A stretch of 64,000 nucleotides of DNA from Camelus dromedarius (taxonomy: Eukaryota), in assembly GCF_036321535.1 (NCBI RefSeq), contig NC_087437.1:28398001-28462000 (forward strand). Direction: 5' to 3'. The first letter of the stretch is position 1. The number at the start of each line of letters is the position of its first letter. Position numbers and translations under genes: made by a program. Shown here piece by piece: positions 13,181-25,500 of the stretch. Under the pieces are notes generated by a model. It was not told the DNA's origin. It saw only the letters and a program-made list of their open reading frames with translations, and did not search any database.

Positions 13181-15639
13181 CTGTGAGAAAGTGTTTTCTG
13201 TGTGGAAAGAAGGAAAGAAGTACGGAGAAATGGAAAGGAGAAAAAGAAAGAGAAACAGGGAAGACATAGAGGAGGAAAGAATTATACTCCTAGAAATCTA
13301 ATGTGGCTGACTCCTCTTCACATAAACTTGGGCAACACTTAGGCCTATATTAGAGCTTCTTGTTGCCCCAGTGTCTTTAAGAAAAACAATGAAAATAAAT
13401 GGCCTGAGAGAGTCAGAAGACACTGATACCAGTTCTTCTCTGTCATGGAACCAATTTATGTATACAACGTTCTCTGGTCTAACAGGAGAACAGGCCCTGA
13501 TGGACTCTAAGTTTCCATTCTCTACTAAAATTCTGTGGTTCTAAACCTTTAATTCCGAAATGAATTTGTTTTCTATTTCCCTATTGCTAGATGCAAAAAT
13601 AACTATACTGAAGATTTAGAGTCAACTTTTAGGTAAAATACCTCTATTAATTTATTAAAATTAATATTTTAATGCATAATAATTATATTAACTCATAAAT
13701 TAATATTTTAACTTTTAATCTTTATAAGTATTTTAAGACAAATATGTTGATTTTATATAATAAAGATCCTAAACTAAATTTAGGTAAACTAAATTCATAC
13801 AATTCTATCAAGTATATTTATTCAGATACCTGAACAAGTTTGAATTCAGGCTACAGAAGAATGCTTCCAACCCCTTCCCTGCTGTGAAACTGAATGGAGA
13901 TACATCTGATACATCCATGTTAAGTTAATTCCTCATAGGAGAGTATTTCCAATTCTTTGTTGCCTTCCAGCAGCTTCTTCTCTTAACCATCTATATTTAA
14001 ACATGGATTAAAAATCATGGGACCTGAATCTGATCTCACTTTTGACAATATCTTGCAATGGATTCTTTCTACCCTGGTATATTAAAAACAGCACTTCTAG
14101 ATCCACGATTCAAGATCTTTTCATATTTCAATTTTTATAACGCATACCTTCTTGGGATATTTTCATTTTGATGTTGGGTTGGGGGTTGAGGCAGGAAAGG
14201 CAAATATATTTAGAAGGCAGCAAGAGCTTATTGACTATAAATGAGGTGTGTAGGACAAGAAAGATCAATTCGCAGACCCACGTACTTACACAGATGCCTT
14301 AGAGACTCCCATTTGAATGAAAAAGATAAATGCTATTTCCTGTATCTGTATTATTGGTAAACCAGGTAGTTGATATTATCTCTGAAAACCATATTCCTTA
14401 ACTGTATTTCTATTGGGATTCATTGGTATAATTAAGACTTGAATGGTCTGAAATATTTCAGGAACCTGTAGTGAATATTCTTTCCTTCATCTGAAAAGGT
14501 AGTTTTATTTCATCTGAAATTGTTTTTTATAATTTCCCCCTCTACCCCCAAATGACATTCTTTTTATACTTAAAGATGTTCTCACTCATAAACCTATGGA
14601 CTATAACTGCCCTTCAGAGGAGTGAGAGAAACCATAATGCTATCCTAGCACTGAGGGAATATTACTGGTATTCTAAATGGGGAACAATTTACTTTTTATT
14701 ACTACGATGATTTTTTAATAATTTCCACAATTTGAAATGTGGTTAGAATGCCACTGCTAGTTGAAAGCTGACAACATGGTTTAATATTTTTAACATATGA
14801 TCTAATGTTTGTTACAGTGCTTCAAAATGTTAAATGTCATTATTCATGTTATAGTATTATCAGTGGTAATAAATTAAGCTAAATCAGTGGCAATGAAGTT
14901 TTATACCACAATTTATTTCGACTGACTTGTGAGTCCTAGGTTGACCATTGTTTTATATGAGTTTCTTAGCCATCCTTTTTTCCTTTATCTAATGTGAAAT
15001 AACACTTCCCCCCTCTTCTTTATCATTTACTACGATGTTTATTCTGTTTCTAACATTCAAGTTTCTTTCTTGTATTTCTTCGTATTCTGTTCAGTGGAGC
15101 AGAAAATTTGCCTCAGTTTCAATTTCTCTTTTGTTCCCAGAACTTCCCCACCTTCTCCAGTGCTGAAGTGGAAAAATAATTTCCCCTCTTGCACCATACA
15201 CAGGTTCAAAGTCCTGTTTTTCACCATGTTGTTCCAAACAGCGAATTTTCTAACCCACATGAAAAAAGGACAGCAAAGCTCTAACTTGAAAGTCTACAAG
15301 GGTCTGAGAACAAATGAAAATAAATTCCTACAAGCAGGATTAGCCCTTAGCGGGTCATTGGGCATTCTGAGGAGTGGTCCATGGAAGCCAGCGAGGACAC
15401 TAACCTGCCAGCATAGGTGGCCCAGCTCAGAAGCCAGGGTCTGTGTCATGGCGAATGGAGGCAAACCGGAGGAATTAAAAAGCAAGTAGCAAACAATCCA
15501 GTAGGCTAAGCCAGGGATTTGGGAGTCTCCCAAGGCTCCTCCCTTCCTCATTCCCTGCATGAGTCATTTTTCCAGTCTGTCCACACCCATCACCCTTCTT
15601 CCATCGGCCTCCACCCCACGTTCCCATTCACTCTCCAAG

Positions 15640-16140
15640 CTGCGGCCGCAGGATCTTTCTGAAATACAAGTCCAAACTCCACCTATCCCCTTGATGTGTA
15701 AACGCCTCTAGTTCATCACAGTTTTCAGAGTAAAGCTGAGACTCCTTGGATTAACACAGACCTACTTTTAGCTCATTTACTGCCACTCCTGTACAACTCT
15801 CATCTCTTACTTCTAACAAAGAGACTGACAGGTCCATTGTATTTGCCAGGCTCTTCTCTCCACTGGATCTGGTCTCAACTCCCTTTCCATCTTGATGATT
15901 TCTACACACCTTTAAGGTACCCGTTAAAATAACTCCTCCAGGCACCCTTCCTGACACTCCTCAGGCCCACCTTGGGCTTACCGCCATCATTTTAGCATAA
16001 GCCCTCAGGAAGAATTAATTGGTTTGTCTCTTCCTAATAGAGGTATTATCCTTGAGGGCAGGGACTCTGTTATACATTCTCGAATCTCTGGCATAGCAAG
16101 CAGGCTGTTGATGTAGTTGTTGAAATGAATGCTGAATTAG
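15640..16140 (+). mobile_element. L2 relic
   Basis: CCTTGAGGGCAGGGACTCTG...TTGTTGAAATGAATG terminus. Confidence 0.6.
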
Positions 16141-17549
16141 AAGAAAGGAAGAAGCCCTCATAGCTTGGGGTAGCTACTAATTGGCAGATAGAAAATGCCC
16201 ATCCCTATTCTCTGAGAAAGTGTCAGTTTCCTTTAAAATTTGCTTCCACTGTGTGTGCACTTGTGTACTTTTTAATGATTAACACTGAGAAGTGGCACCA
16301 TAGAATTAATTTATTTATTTGTTCTGGAAGGGAGCAGTGCAAAATATTAACTCAGCATTTTGTGGATCTAGCCAAGGGTCGAGAACTCAAGTGTGTTATT
16401 AGTGCCTCTGGAAGTATTTTCGTACTTTAGTACATTTCATGGTGTTTTTCCTTCTCCTCCTTAAACCGTCCCCACTCTCTTCAACACAACCTAACAAACT
16501 TGTAGGAAGAATAGTCGCACAATATCTAGCATTTTGTTCTAAATTGTATCCAAAGCATGGAACAAATGTTTTTAATTAGAATCATCATTGAATAAGTTAT
16601 TCCCTAAATCCAAAGGAAATTCTGCCCCCGAATCTCCAAAACTTGATCACATCACGATAGTCTAGGATTCTTTCCCTTGAAAGTGAAGCCAAGTTACATC
16701 CTATAACACCCAGTGAATTATGATTTTGGGTTGTGGTTTCTTTTGCTCCAGTAATAATATGACTTATTTGCCTTGGACTACTCCAGTATTTCAGAAAATA
16801 AGTATTTTATGTTGAAAGAGGGGGCTTTGCTTTTTATAAATCATATAACGCAGAGTTGGGAAGAAAGGGGATTTTACATTCCAAATATTATTTACAAAGT
16901 AGATGGGAAGCTGGTATGTGAGTGTTCGGGCTTGTGTGACAAGAAGTTTTACTAAGGAATTCCAAACTCTGGACACCCTGTTACTTGAGAAAGATACACA
17001 CTGGCAGTCTTGCGGATGTTTTTCCCGCCTGTGAGCCATCCAGGTTCAAAAATCGTGTGGTGCATTTTAAGGCGGCAGCTCCATCAGCTTCTACTGTTTT
17101 ATCCTGATTTGAGACTCACCTTCTGTCTAACCTTGCCAGTTGCCTTACTAAGCCCCATCCATCCACGGGCCTCTTTCAAAAAACGAACCTATCTGTCTGC
17201 CCAGCCAGTGGGAAGCCGCAGAAAGTAGAAGGGGTGCGTCCCGTTTGCACTATAGCTCGGAGGTTATGATGTTGAACGTATAAGATGGAAGATACCACCG
17301 GGAGGCGGCGGGGATGCACCTCGCAGGCGCCGGCTCGGGTTTCCTTTCGCTCTCTGCGCCGATCGGAACGTGGCAATGACCACCCCCAGAGGACTTTGTT
17401 TGGTTGAGGGGCGACGGGGTGGCGGGGGGCAGAGCTGGAGGGCGGCGGAAAGTTGAAGAGCGTTTTTTTTTTCCGCCGCCGCGTGCGTTCCGGGGCTCGA
17501 CGAGTCCGCCCAGGGCTTCCTGGTGGGGCTGGGCCGGCGGGGGAGGGGC

Positions 17550-17773
17550 CGCGCAGCAGCAGCGGAAACCAGACCTCGGCGATAAGAGGCTGCACAGCGA
17601 CATGCAACAGTCTTTTCACTGCAGCTGAATGAGTTGTGGCGCTCACAATGCTCCCGTGACCGGGAACTGACAAGTTCAATTTTAAATCGCGGGCCTCTTG
17701 GAATCATGATTCCCACAATGCCTTGGGCACTCGTTCGGCAGTCGGGCTGCCTCTGAAAAAAAAAATGTGAGAG
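17550..17773 (+). other. MBNL1: MBNL1 non-coding upstream first exon (5' boundary approximate)
   Basis: Lies in the CpG island; ends at consensus donor GAG|GTAAGT (17774-17779); ACATGCAACAGTCTTTTCACTGCAGCTGAATGAG...AAAATGTGAGAG resembles the recalled human MBNL1 mRNA leader. Confidence 0.8.
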
Positions 17774-18315
17774 GTAAGTTTCCATTTTCACAGTTTGCTC
17801 GCGCTGCTCTGCTGCTCTGCTGCTCTGCATTGTTCGTACTCTTTCGGGGCTGTATATGGCTGAAGGAGGAAGTGAGAGGAGGCTTGGGGCGGCTCACCAC
17901 GCTGGATGGTTTCCTATCACACACCATCTCTAGCTGGAGGGAGAGCGGGAGGTTGTGCAGCTGCAGCCCAGCTCCGATCAGCCCTTCCCGGGGCTCTGCG
18001 GACACTGTCAGCAACGCCAGCCTCCCATTTGGCAGCTTAGAAAGAAAGAAAGAGAAAGGGGGGGGGGGAGGGAGTAGGTTGGGAGAGGGGATAAAAGAAA
18101 CAGGTGCGTGGAAGTGTACTTACAACTTAACGACCTTTGTCGGGGGAAGATGCGAGTCCATCAGATGGGAGCCACGGTTTCTCCCAAGAGATCCCGCATC
18201 CCTGTCCCCGGGGCTGCCATCCAGCCCTGTTTTCATCTGGGCCAAATATGTGCACTCAAAGGTTAATTCTCTGCCTGCTACCCATAAATTACGCATGACA
18301 TGTTTAGCTGGGCTT

Positions 18316-18325
18316 CCTTATATGG
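18316..18325. promoter_or_regulatory. CArG box (SRF site) CCTTATATGG in proximal intron 1
   Basis: Exact CC(A/T)6GG match inside the CpG island. Confidence 0.6.
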
Positions 18326-20525
18326 AGAGTGCTGTATTTCAGTCCAGTTTGCCTTTTGCCAAGTTTACAGGGCGGAAGACGCCCTGCATGAGAGGGCTCC
18401 TTTTTTTTCCCCAATCGTTTTGTAGTGCGTCACTCAAAAACTGTAAGAAAAGTAAGTATAGACGCTCTCTGGGTGGAGCCGCAGTTAGTTGATTGAATTG
18501 CTTTCTTGAGGGGTCGAAAAGAATGAAAAGTAGTTAGGACTTTGATTCTGGTTTTTTTAGACAAAAGCAGGACAAATATGTAGCGCGTCCCCCCCCGCCC
18601 CCCCTTTCCTTTCCTTTTCTTTTTTTTAAACGGAGCCGGAATCTGTTATTGGTAGTAATGTGTCATGTGAGAATACTTTGATTCCAGAGCCTGTAACACG
18701 AGCAGGTATATGGGGGAGCTTATCCTTGCCCCTCTCAGAGCACTTTACAACCAGAGTGTTGTAGCCGGAAGAGTAATTGTGCTCTTAAATCTCTCCTGGC
18801 CCGGGAGAGTAGGCGGCTGCTCGGGCTCTGTGGTGTATTTCCGCGCAGAGTGCTTCCCTAGGATTCAGACTGAGTGAGAAGCTGCCAGGAAGGTTATGCC
18901 ACTGTCTTTACTTTGTGTGCCCACCCGCCCAGGCACAAGCCGACAGCAAATGGATGGTAAACTCTGCCACACTCTGAGGAATTTCTTAAACAAATTAATA
19001 CACTGAGAGAGAAGTCATAATTAATGCCTTTGGATTTGCAGGCCCTCTGCAATGTGCTTTGAAATACTACACCAGTGGACACGGTGTTCCTCCCTCCTGG
19101 ATTTGAACACAGTGTCTGTTTATACGCAGAGGGTATTTAGTACATAACGATTCTATACCAGCGTTTAAGTGATCCACTCCATGTTATCTCCGTGGGTTCC
19201 TGAGAGCGTTGGTGTTTCTCCCTGTCTTGCTGTTGAGATAAAGTATTATCACTGAGACAAGCTAAAATGAAAGTTCAAGGACTGTAAAATTCACCCCAGG
19301 AATACTTAGTTCAATACTTACAGAATGTCTTGAGTATAGTATGATAGCTAGAGACGCTGACTAGTTATTTTGTAGCCTGAGAAAGCAAATAGTTGTCACT
19401 TGCATCTTTGCTTTCTTTAAGTTGGTGACAACTACAGCTCAAAACTGTATTTTAGGAAGCCTACCGAGTTCTGATTTTCATCAGTGTTGTGTATTTGCAC
19501 AACAGGGGTGAATTTTTTTTTTGTATTACTAGTGTGTTGTTAGACCTTCTTTCCAAAGGTAGACATGGCTTTTAGTTTTATTTGTTGAATGAGGGGGTTT
19601 CCTCACCGAGGACGACAAGAGTTGCCTTTTGTGTTTTAGGGAACAGATTGGGTCAGCACCAGAAAACCAGTTCATCATCCATCGATAATTACAGTGTCAC
19701 TTAAGATGTGATAATCAGGTTTTATTATTACTAAGAGAGTCAGAAAACCTCACATGTGCCTAGTTTAATTTTTTTCCCCTCATGTAACTAAGAACAAATT
19801 TGTGTGCAGATACACAGCAAGTGTGGCACTCCATGCAGCTATGCCAGCCCAGAATCCAAAATGTTTTATGGTTTGAGATATTACTGCTTGTGTTTACATT
19901 TCCACATTTGGGGCAAACTTAGACTCCAAGTTGAATTCATTAAGTTCTGATTCCAACATTCTGTTCTTCCTCTGGGCACAGAATTCCTATGAAATGAAAC
20001 ACTGGGTTCTATTCCAGACCAAAAACAGACTATCCCAGGGTTTCTCCTGGGGGGAAGGGGACGAGTAATATCGTTATTTCTCATTGAGGAAGGGTGTGTG
20101 ACTTTGTTATGTAAAATTTCCTATCTTTACTTTAAGCAAAAAAATTGCCCTTGCATTTATCATTGTCTCCATATATTAGGCCTGTAGTTGACATACCTAT
20201 TTATGGAAATAGAGAATAGTCTTGCTGCACCTTCTGGCTTTCTGCTTAGTGATAGAAGATGCAGAGATTAGAGAACATCTCAGATCTTGCTTAGAAGAAG
20301 CTGAAAAGAATAGGTGATTGGGGTTTCTTACACTCAAGGCATCAAGGTGGGCAGTAGACGTGAAGTCAGTGGAGCAGATGAAGGAAGTGAAATATAGTCC
20401 CTTAAATGCTTGGCTCAGTTTAAAGTCTTAACGGCAGTACTAATCATAGTGGGCTGCTCTATAGGAAGATTTTTAAAGTATGTGGCCATTTAGGCCAAAC
20501 AGCTTCATATTTTTGGAATCTAGAA

Positions 20526-20843
20526 TGTGCTTTCCAGTACAGTAGCCACTAGTCACATGTGGCTGTTGAGGACTTGAAATGTGGTTGTCCGGACTGAGGT
20601 TTGCGCTAAGTGAAAAATACATCCAGGCTTTTGATCACTTTGTACAAAGGAAAGAATATAAAGCATCAGATACTTTTTAAAAAATATTAGTTGTATGTTG
20701 CAATAATATTTTGGATATATTGGTGTCAGTAGAATATATTGTTAGATTAATTTCACCTGTTTCTTTTTCCTTTTTTTTTTAAATACTGTTACTAGAAAAC
20801 TTAACAAGTGTGGCTTTCATTGCCTTTCTTTTGGACACGGCTG
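20526..20843. mobile_element. MER33-like hAT-Charlie DNA transposon, near full length
   Basis: GTAGCCACTAGTCACATGTGGCTGTTGAGGACTTGAAATGTGG...TTAATTTCACCTGTTTCTTTT...TTGGACACGGCTG; degenerate 8-bp TSD ATCTAGAA (20518-25) / TTTTAGAA (20844-51). Confidence 0.85.
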
Positions 20844-23800
20844 TTTTAGAATAAAGTAAGAAAGCAATATTCTGGGAGAAACTATGAAGAGTTTGCAAAA
20901 TAAAATGGACTTTTATTTTAACAAGCTAAAGAAGTTTATTATATGTAGAAATACCTAGTCTTTCTTATCCATTGTAACCGAAATTTGAGAAAACACACCA
21001 CCTAACATCTATTTTTATTTCCTCAAAACTGCTATTTAGTTTAGAGATTTAATGGTGAGGTAGTAATAACAGAGAAAAGGCTTATAATTAGGGGATGAGT
21101 CTTAACACCTCTCAAAGGCCAGAATAGAGTATGATTGCTACTTAGGAACTTTTTAGAGACACTATAGTTATCATTGTCCTGAAGTTACCAAACAAACGAG
21201 TCACTTAAAATTTATTTTAAAATAGAGTTTTCAGTAAATAGCAATTATCTTCAAATGCTTAATATATATTTTCCTTTGCTATGACTTTCCTTCCTTAGAA
21301 AATAAGGACACCAAATAAATCCAGACAAACTCCTGACTCTGTAAATCAAAGATGAATGAATTCACGAGAAAGAAAGATTTTCACCTGTAGGGAATAAGGC
21401 ATTGTTTTGAATGTTAGGAAAGGTAAAAATACGTTTCTGCAGTAACGTCATGGGCTTTGAAGAATTCCTACGCACGGAGACATTGTCTTTATAGTTTGAA
21501 CACATTCTTGAGAAAGCATCTGACTGGTAAACAAAGCACAATGGCATAGGTCCTGGAAACATTCCTTTCAGATATTTTCATAACCAAAGTACATTTTGCC
21601 ATGCACAGTGAGTGTTAAGCAGAAAAAATGCGGTTCTTTTCTATCCATATAAAGTATGCTTGCTTTTATTGCCTTGAAGGATGCCAAAGATATAAGACAA
21701 GATGGATGCAATGGGCTCTTCTTTGGTAGGGGGGAGGGAGCAGATTTTATGGAGAACCTCAGAAGAGTTGCCTCCCGGCTTGGTGCCATCTTGAATCTGC
21801 CTCCCACTACGTGAGGCATCAGGGCCATTAGTGTCAGTGCATGTGTGGAGCCCACGGGGAACAGTGATCCCCATTAACTTCATATATTGTTTCTGATGAG
21901 TCATGGAGCAGACTCACTAATGGTTGGAGAAGTATTGATTGCAAAGCAGAGGATTCAGGAAGAGCTATTGACATGGCACTAAAAGTCTTCAGACATATTT
22001 TGTAGTTGTAGAGTTGAGGTAGGGAACTTGGTGCCTATGTAGTGTTTTTCATAGTATAAGAAATAATTTATATAAGCATTACAGCTATATCCTTGAAAAA
22101 ACACTTAGCAAATATAAGGTTGTAGTTTTCTACTTATTACTATTAGTCTTTTAATGATTCCGTTACATCTCTTTCAGATAACGATTCATATTTCCCAGAG
22201 GCATCTTACCACATGTGCCTATGATGTCCATAAAAATGAAAAATCTTTGATGGATTTATGTCAGAGTCTTGGGCATTTCTATATTTGGCACTTTCCCCAC
22301 TAATTTTGAGAACTTACTCTAGGTTTCTGTGATTACCCTTTGTTTAAACAGTTCAAGATATATTAATCTCAAGATGAAATGTAGCCATATTAGATAGAGT
22401 AGAGAATTAGTTTTCCATTGAGATCAGTTATTTTAAAATGGTGATGTTTCTGAAGTATCATGCTTCAAGAAGTGTCTTTGCTCCAAAAGACAAACTTTCA
22501 TCTTTTTTACATTGTTTTACAAAATTGAGAGTTTTATGTTACATACCCAAAGAAGTGAATAATAGTTAATAACATACATACTTCCATCAAGTGTAGATAC
22601 AATTTGTATGTGAGTATATGTATGAAGATGTGACTTTTCCCAAGACAACGTCAACTGATTAAAATCATCTGTTTATTAAATAGCATAATATTATTAAAAA
22701 GAATTATGGTAAATACTATATAATCCAAAGGTTGATGTCCATGTATATGACAGCTTCATTCCAGTCCCTCTTTGGCTCAGGTCACAAAATGAAGATATTT
22801 CTTCCTCCAAAAGATTCTTTAAAAAAATGTATATTTAACACTGGATTTTCTCTGTATTTTCATTTTTAAAAGCAGTTTGGGAGCTATTAACTAAGAATGA
22901 ATTTATTTAAAAAAACTAACAAAATCCTAGGATCATGGGAACATGTTTAATCGTATGAAATAAACACTCCATGCTGACTTGAGGTATTACTTAATTTTTT
23001 AAAGTTGATTTATAGGAAAATACATATTGTGGCAAAAATAGCAAACTAAGCTCAGTGACCTCTACCAAACTTAATCAAGATGCACCTTGTCCTCAAAGAG
23101 GTGGCAGTCTGGTGTGGGAAGTTAGGTTTTGAAGTAACTGTAAAGTAGCAAAAGAATATTTCATAAGCAATTGTTAGATACCATGGTATGGAAGTTTGGA
23201 TAAGGAAAGATAAGTCTTAATGTAGCTTTGATCAATATATGTAATAAAGGGAACAGTTCTAATGCATAAATAATGGGAAACAAAAGGTATTCTTTATTTT
23301 TCAACATTACAAAAATATTATCCTGTTAAAGCAGCATTAATTATATCTATTCAGTGATAGTTCTGTGTTTTTCATAATGTTGATATTTAACATCCAGACA
23401 CAGGATAGTCATACATGTTCTAGTTTATTTATCTAGTTCATTTTGCTGATAGAAATACATAATTTCCAAATGTCCTATACTCAAATATTGATAGCTTTAT
23501 CATCTGTTTACTGTTGAATAGTGTTCAGAGGTCAACTTTTGAAGCCACCAAATAGTTACAAATGTATCAGAAAACCGAAGTGGGTAACTAAGGTGACCAG
23601 TGGATGTAGAAAAATTGTTCAAGAGAAAGCTAGGTTAAAAGTAAACGGATAATTACAAGGTTGTTGGCTGAAAAATCTATATATTAAGGTTAAGCAGTAA
23701 AAATAATATATGAAAAAACCAGTGATTTCATTTTGGGAAAGGAAATGTATAATGAGAGAACAACAATGAGAGAAATATGTATTAGGAAGGAGATTTTAAT

Positions 23801-25279
23801 CAGAGATAGCCAGAGTATCCAGTTTGATGTGACGCTGGATAAAAGAAAAGTTAAATTAAAATAGAAGATATAGCTGATGATTTTGGACACTGGTAGAAAT
23901 GTCACAATTGTGAATACAATTTTTGGGGTTTTCAAAAATAATTCATAAATCTTTTAAGTACATAGTCTGTGGAAGATGTGGTTACATTGTGTATACTCAC
24001 TGTACTCAAAATCCCTGCCCACTAACTGTTTTCTATAATGATTATGACTGGATAGACTCTTCCAGAAAATTCTAAAAAGCCTAGTTAACAATAGTACATG
24101 CAGTAGGAGTGTGAGGAACTATAAACAGTGAAAGACTTTACAGTTTAATAGTTAAGACACATCATTAGCAGGTGAAATAACAAGAATGCCAACTAAGGCA
24201 TTAAGCAGTTCCTATTCATATTTAGAACATCATTAAAGACATTTGTTGAACTTGACTTAGTTTTAGACCTTACAGACCAGACTGTTCCCAGCTTATTCCA
24301 GCAATCCATTTGTCAGCATTGTTGATGATGGTAATAATGATAGGTGAATATTTTATTTGTTTTTGTCTTATCTGATCACAAGAAAAGAATTACCTCTACG
24401 ATGATCTTTTAGCACTCTATTTAGATAGATAGCTCTTATCCTAGTAGAGGGATGGTCTGGGGTGGGGTGGTGATAGTTTAGGTGATCGTTAGATAAAGAG
24501 TAGGAGGGCAGATGGCCTGCTGTGGGGGGAAGTTGGTGGGAAAAGCTCTGAGCCATTAAGTGAACTTCCAAGTCGGTATTCTTCAACCAGGGAACTCCCT
24601 CAGTGATATTTCTGTGTACTAATGATTAGCTTTCAAAAGTCCTGGCTATGAAATGATACATCAGTTTCTATAAACACTATATCTAAATTTGTTTTGAAAG
24701 TCCAGCGTTTGTTGCAGTGCAGGCAAACAACAAAAACAGACCTCACTGGGTGATAACATGTTTTGAAAAGTAGAACACCTTGTAAATATAAGAAGTAATA
24801 ATATCATTGTTGTTATTATCATTTAAAAATTATTGTATTTTTATATATTTACTGCATTTTCTCTATATCTTGAAAGGAGTAGTAAACTTTGGGGGGGTGG
24901 GGCACAGACAAGTCTCATAATGTATAGATTTTAATTTACCAAACCAGATCTGACTAGGTTTATGGGCTGGGAAAACCATTTACTCTTCCCGTTGTGTAAT
25001 TTTGACACCTGTGAAATTATGAACATGTAAATAATAGTAAATAATAGAAGTTGCCACTTGCTGTACATTTCTTTCCAAAATATCTCATTTAATCTGACAG
25101 CTTGTAAAATCTGCCTTCTGACTTTTATCTTAAAGATTAAGAAGCATGAGTAGAAAGCACTTTTTGTCATTTGCAGACCTGTGAGACTTGTTTTTTTCCT
25201 TTATTTATTCCAGTGTCCATATTTTTAACCAATTTTTTGTCTTGCTTGCAAACATATACAAAGCATAGTGATGAGGATA

Positions 25280-25500
25280 AACATTAACAATGATTACTAA
25301 CATCTTGGACTACTTTCTGTGTGCTAGGATAAGATTTATGAATTAATCCATGTATTCCTTAGAACAGCCCTGTGAGATAGGTACTGGTAACATCTTGGTT
25401 TCACAGATGGGGAGACGGAGGTTGCCTGTGGTTTCCTAACTAGTAAGTGGCATAGCAAGGAGGTGACCCAAGGTGGACCAGTTCTACAGCCCATGCTTGT
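25280..25500 (-). mobile_element. MIR relic
   Basis: AACAGCCCTGTGAGATAGGTACTG...TTTCACAGATGGGGAGACGGAGG core. Confidence 0.75.

Larger units (their letters stand above)
11515..18300 (-). ncRNA. Putative counterpart of antisense lncRNA MBNL1-AS1 (both ends inferred)
   Basis: Human has an antisense lncRNA overlapping the MBNL1 promoter (prior knowledge). Here there is a minus-strand AATAAA at 11543-11538 with upstream UGUA and downstream GU-rich elements, and a minus-strand GTAAGT at 18123-18118. No expression evidence is available. Confidence 0.4.
17180..18900. promoter_or_regulatory. CpG island / MBNL1 main promoter, probably bidirectional
   Basis: Sharp rise in GC and CpG density against an AT-rich, CpG-depleted background; GC boxes; E2F-like TTTCCCGC near 17021; surrounds the first exon. 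Confidence 0.9.

Noticed and set aside
13630..13830. Very AT-rich stretch as a matrix-attachment or unwinding element
   Set aside because: Low-complexity composition alone is not evidence in an AT-rich locus.
17553..17563. CAG triplet repeat at the MBNL1 5' end
   Set aside because: Only about three units; not meaningful.
17176..18492. Long overlapping ORFs (110-241 aa) on both strands
   Set aside because: Expected from stop-codon depletion in a CpG island; most lack an ATG start, some cross the exon 1 donor, and none resembles a known protein.
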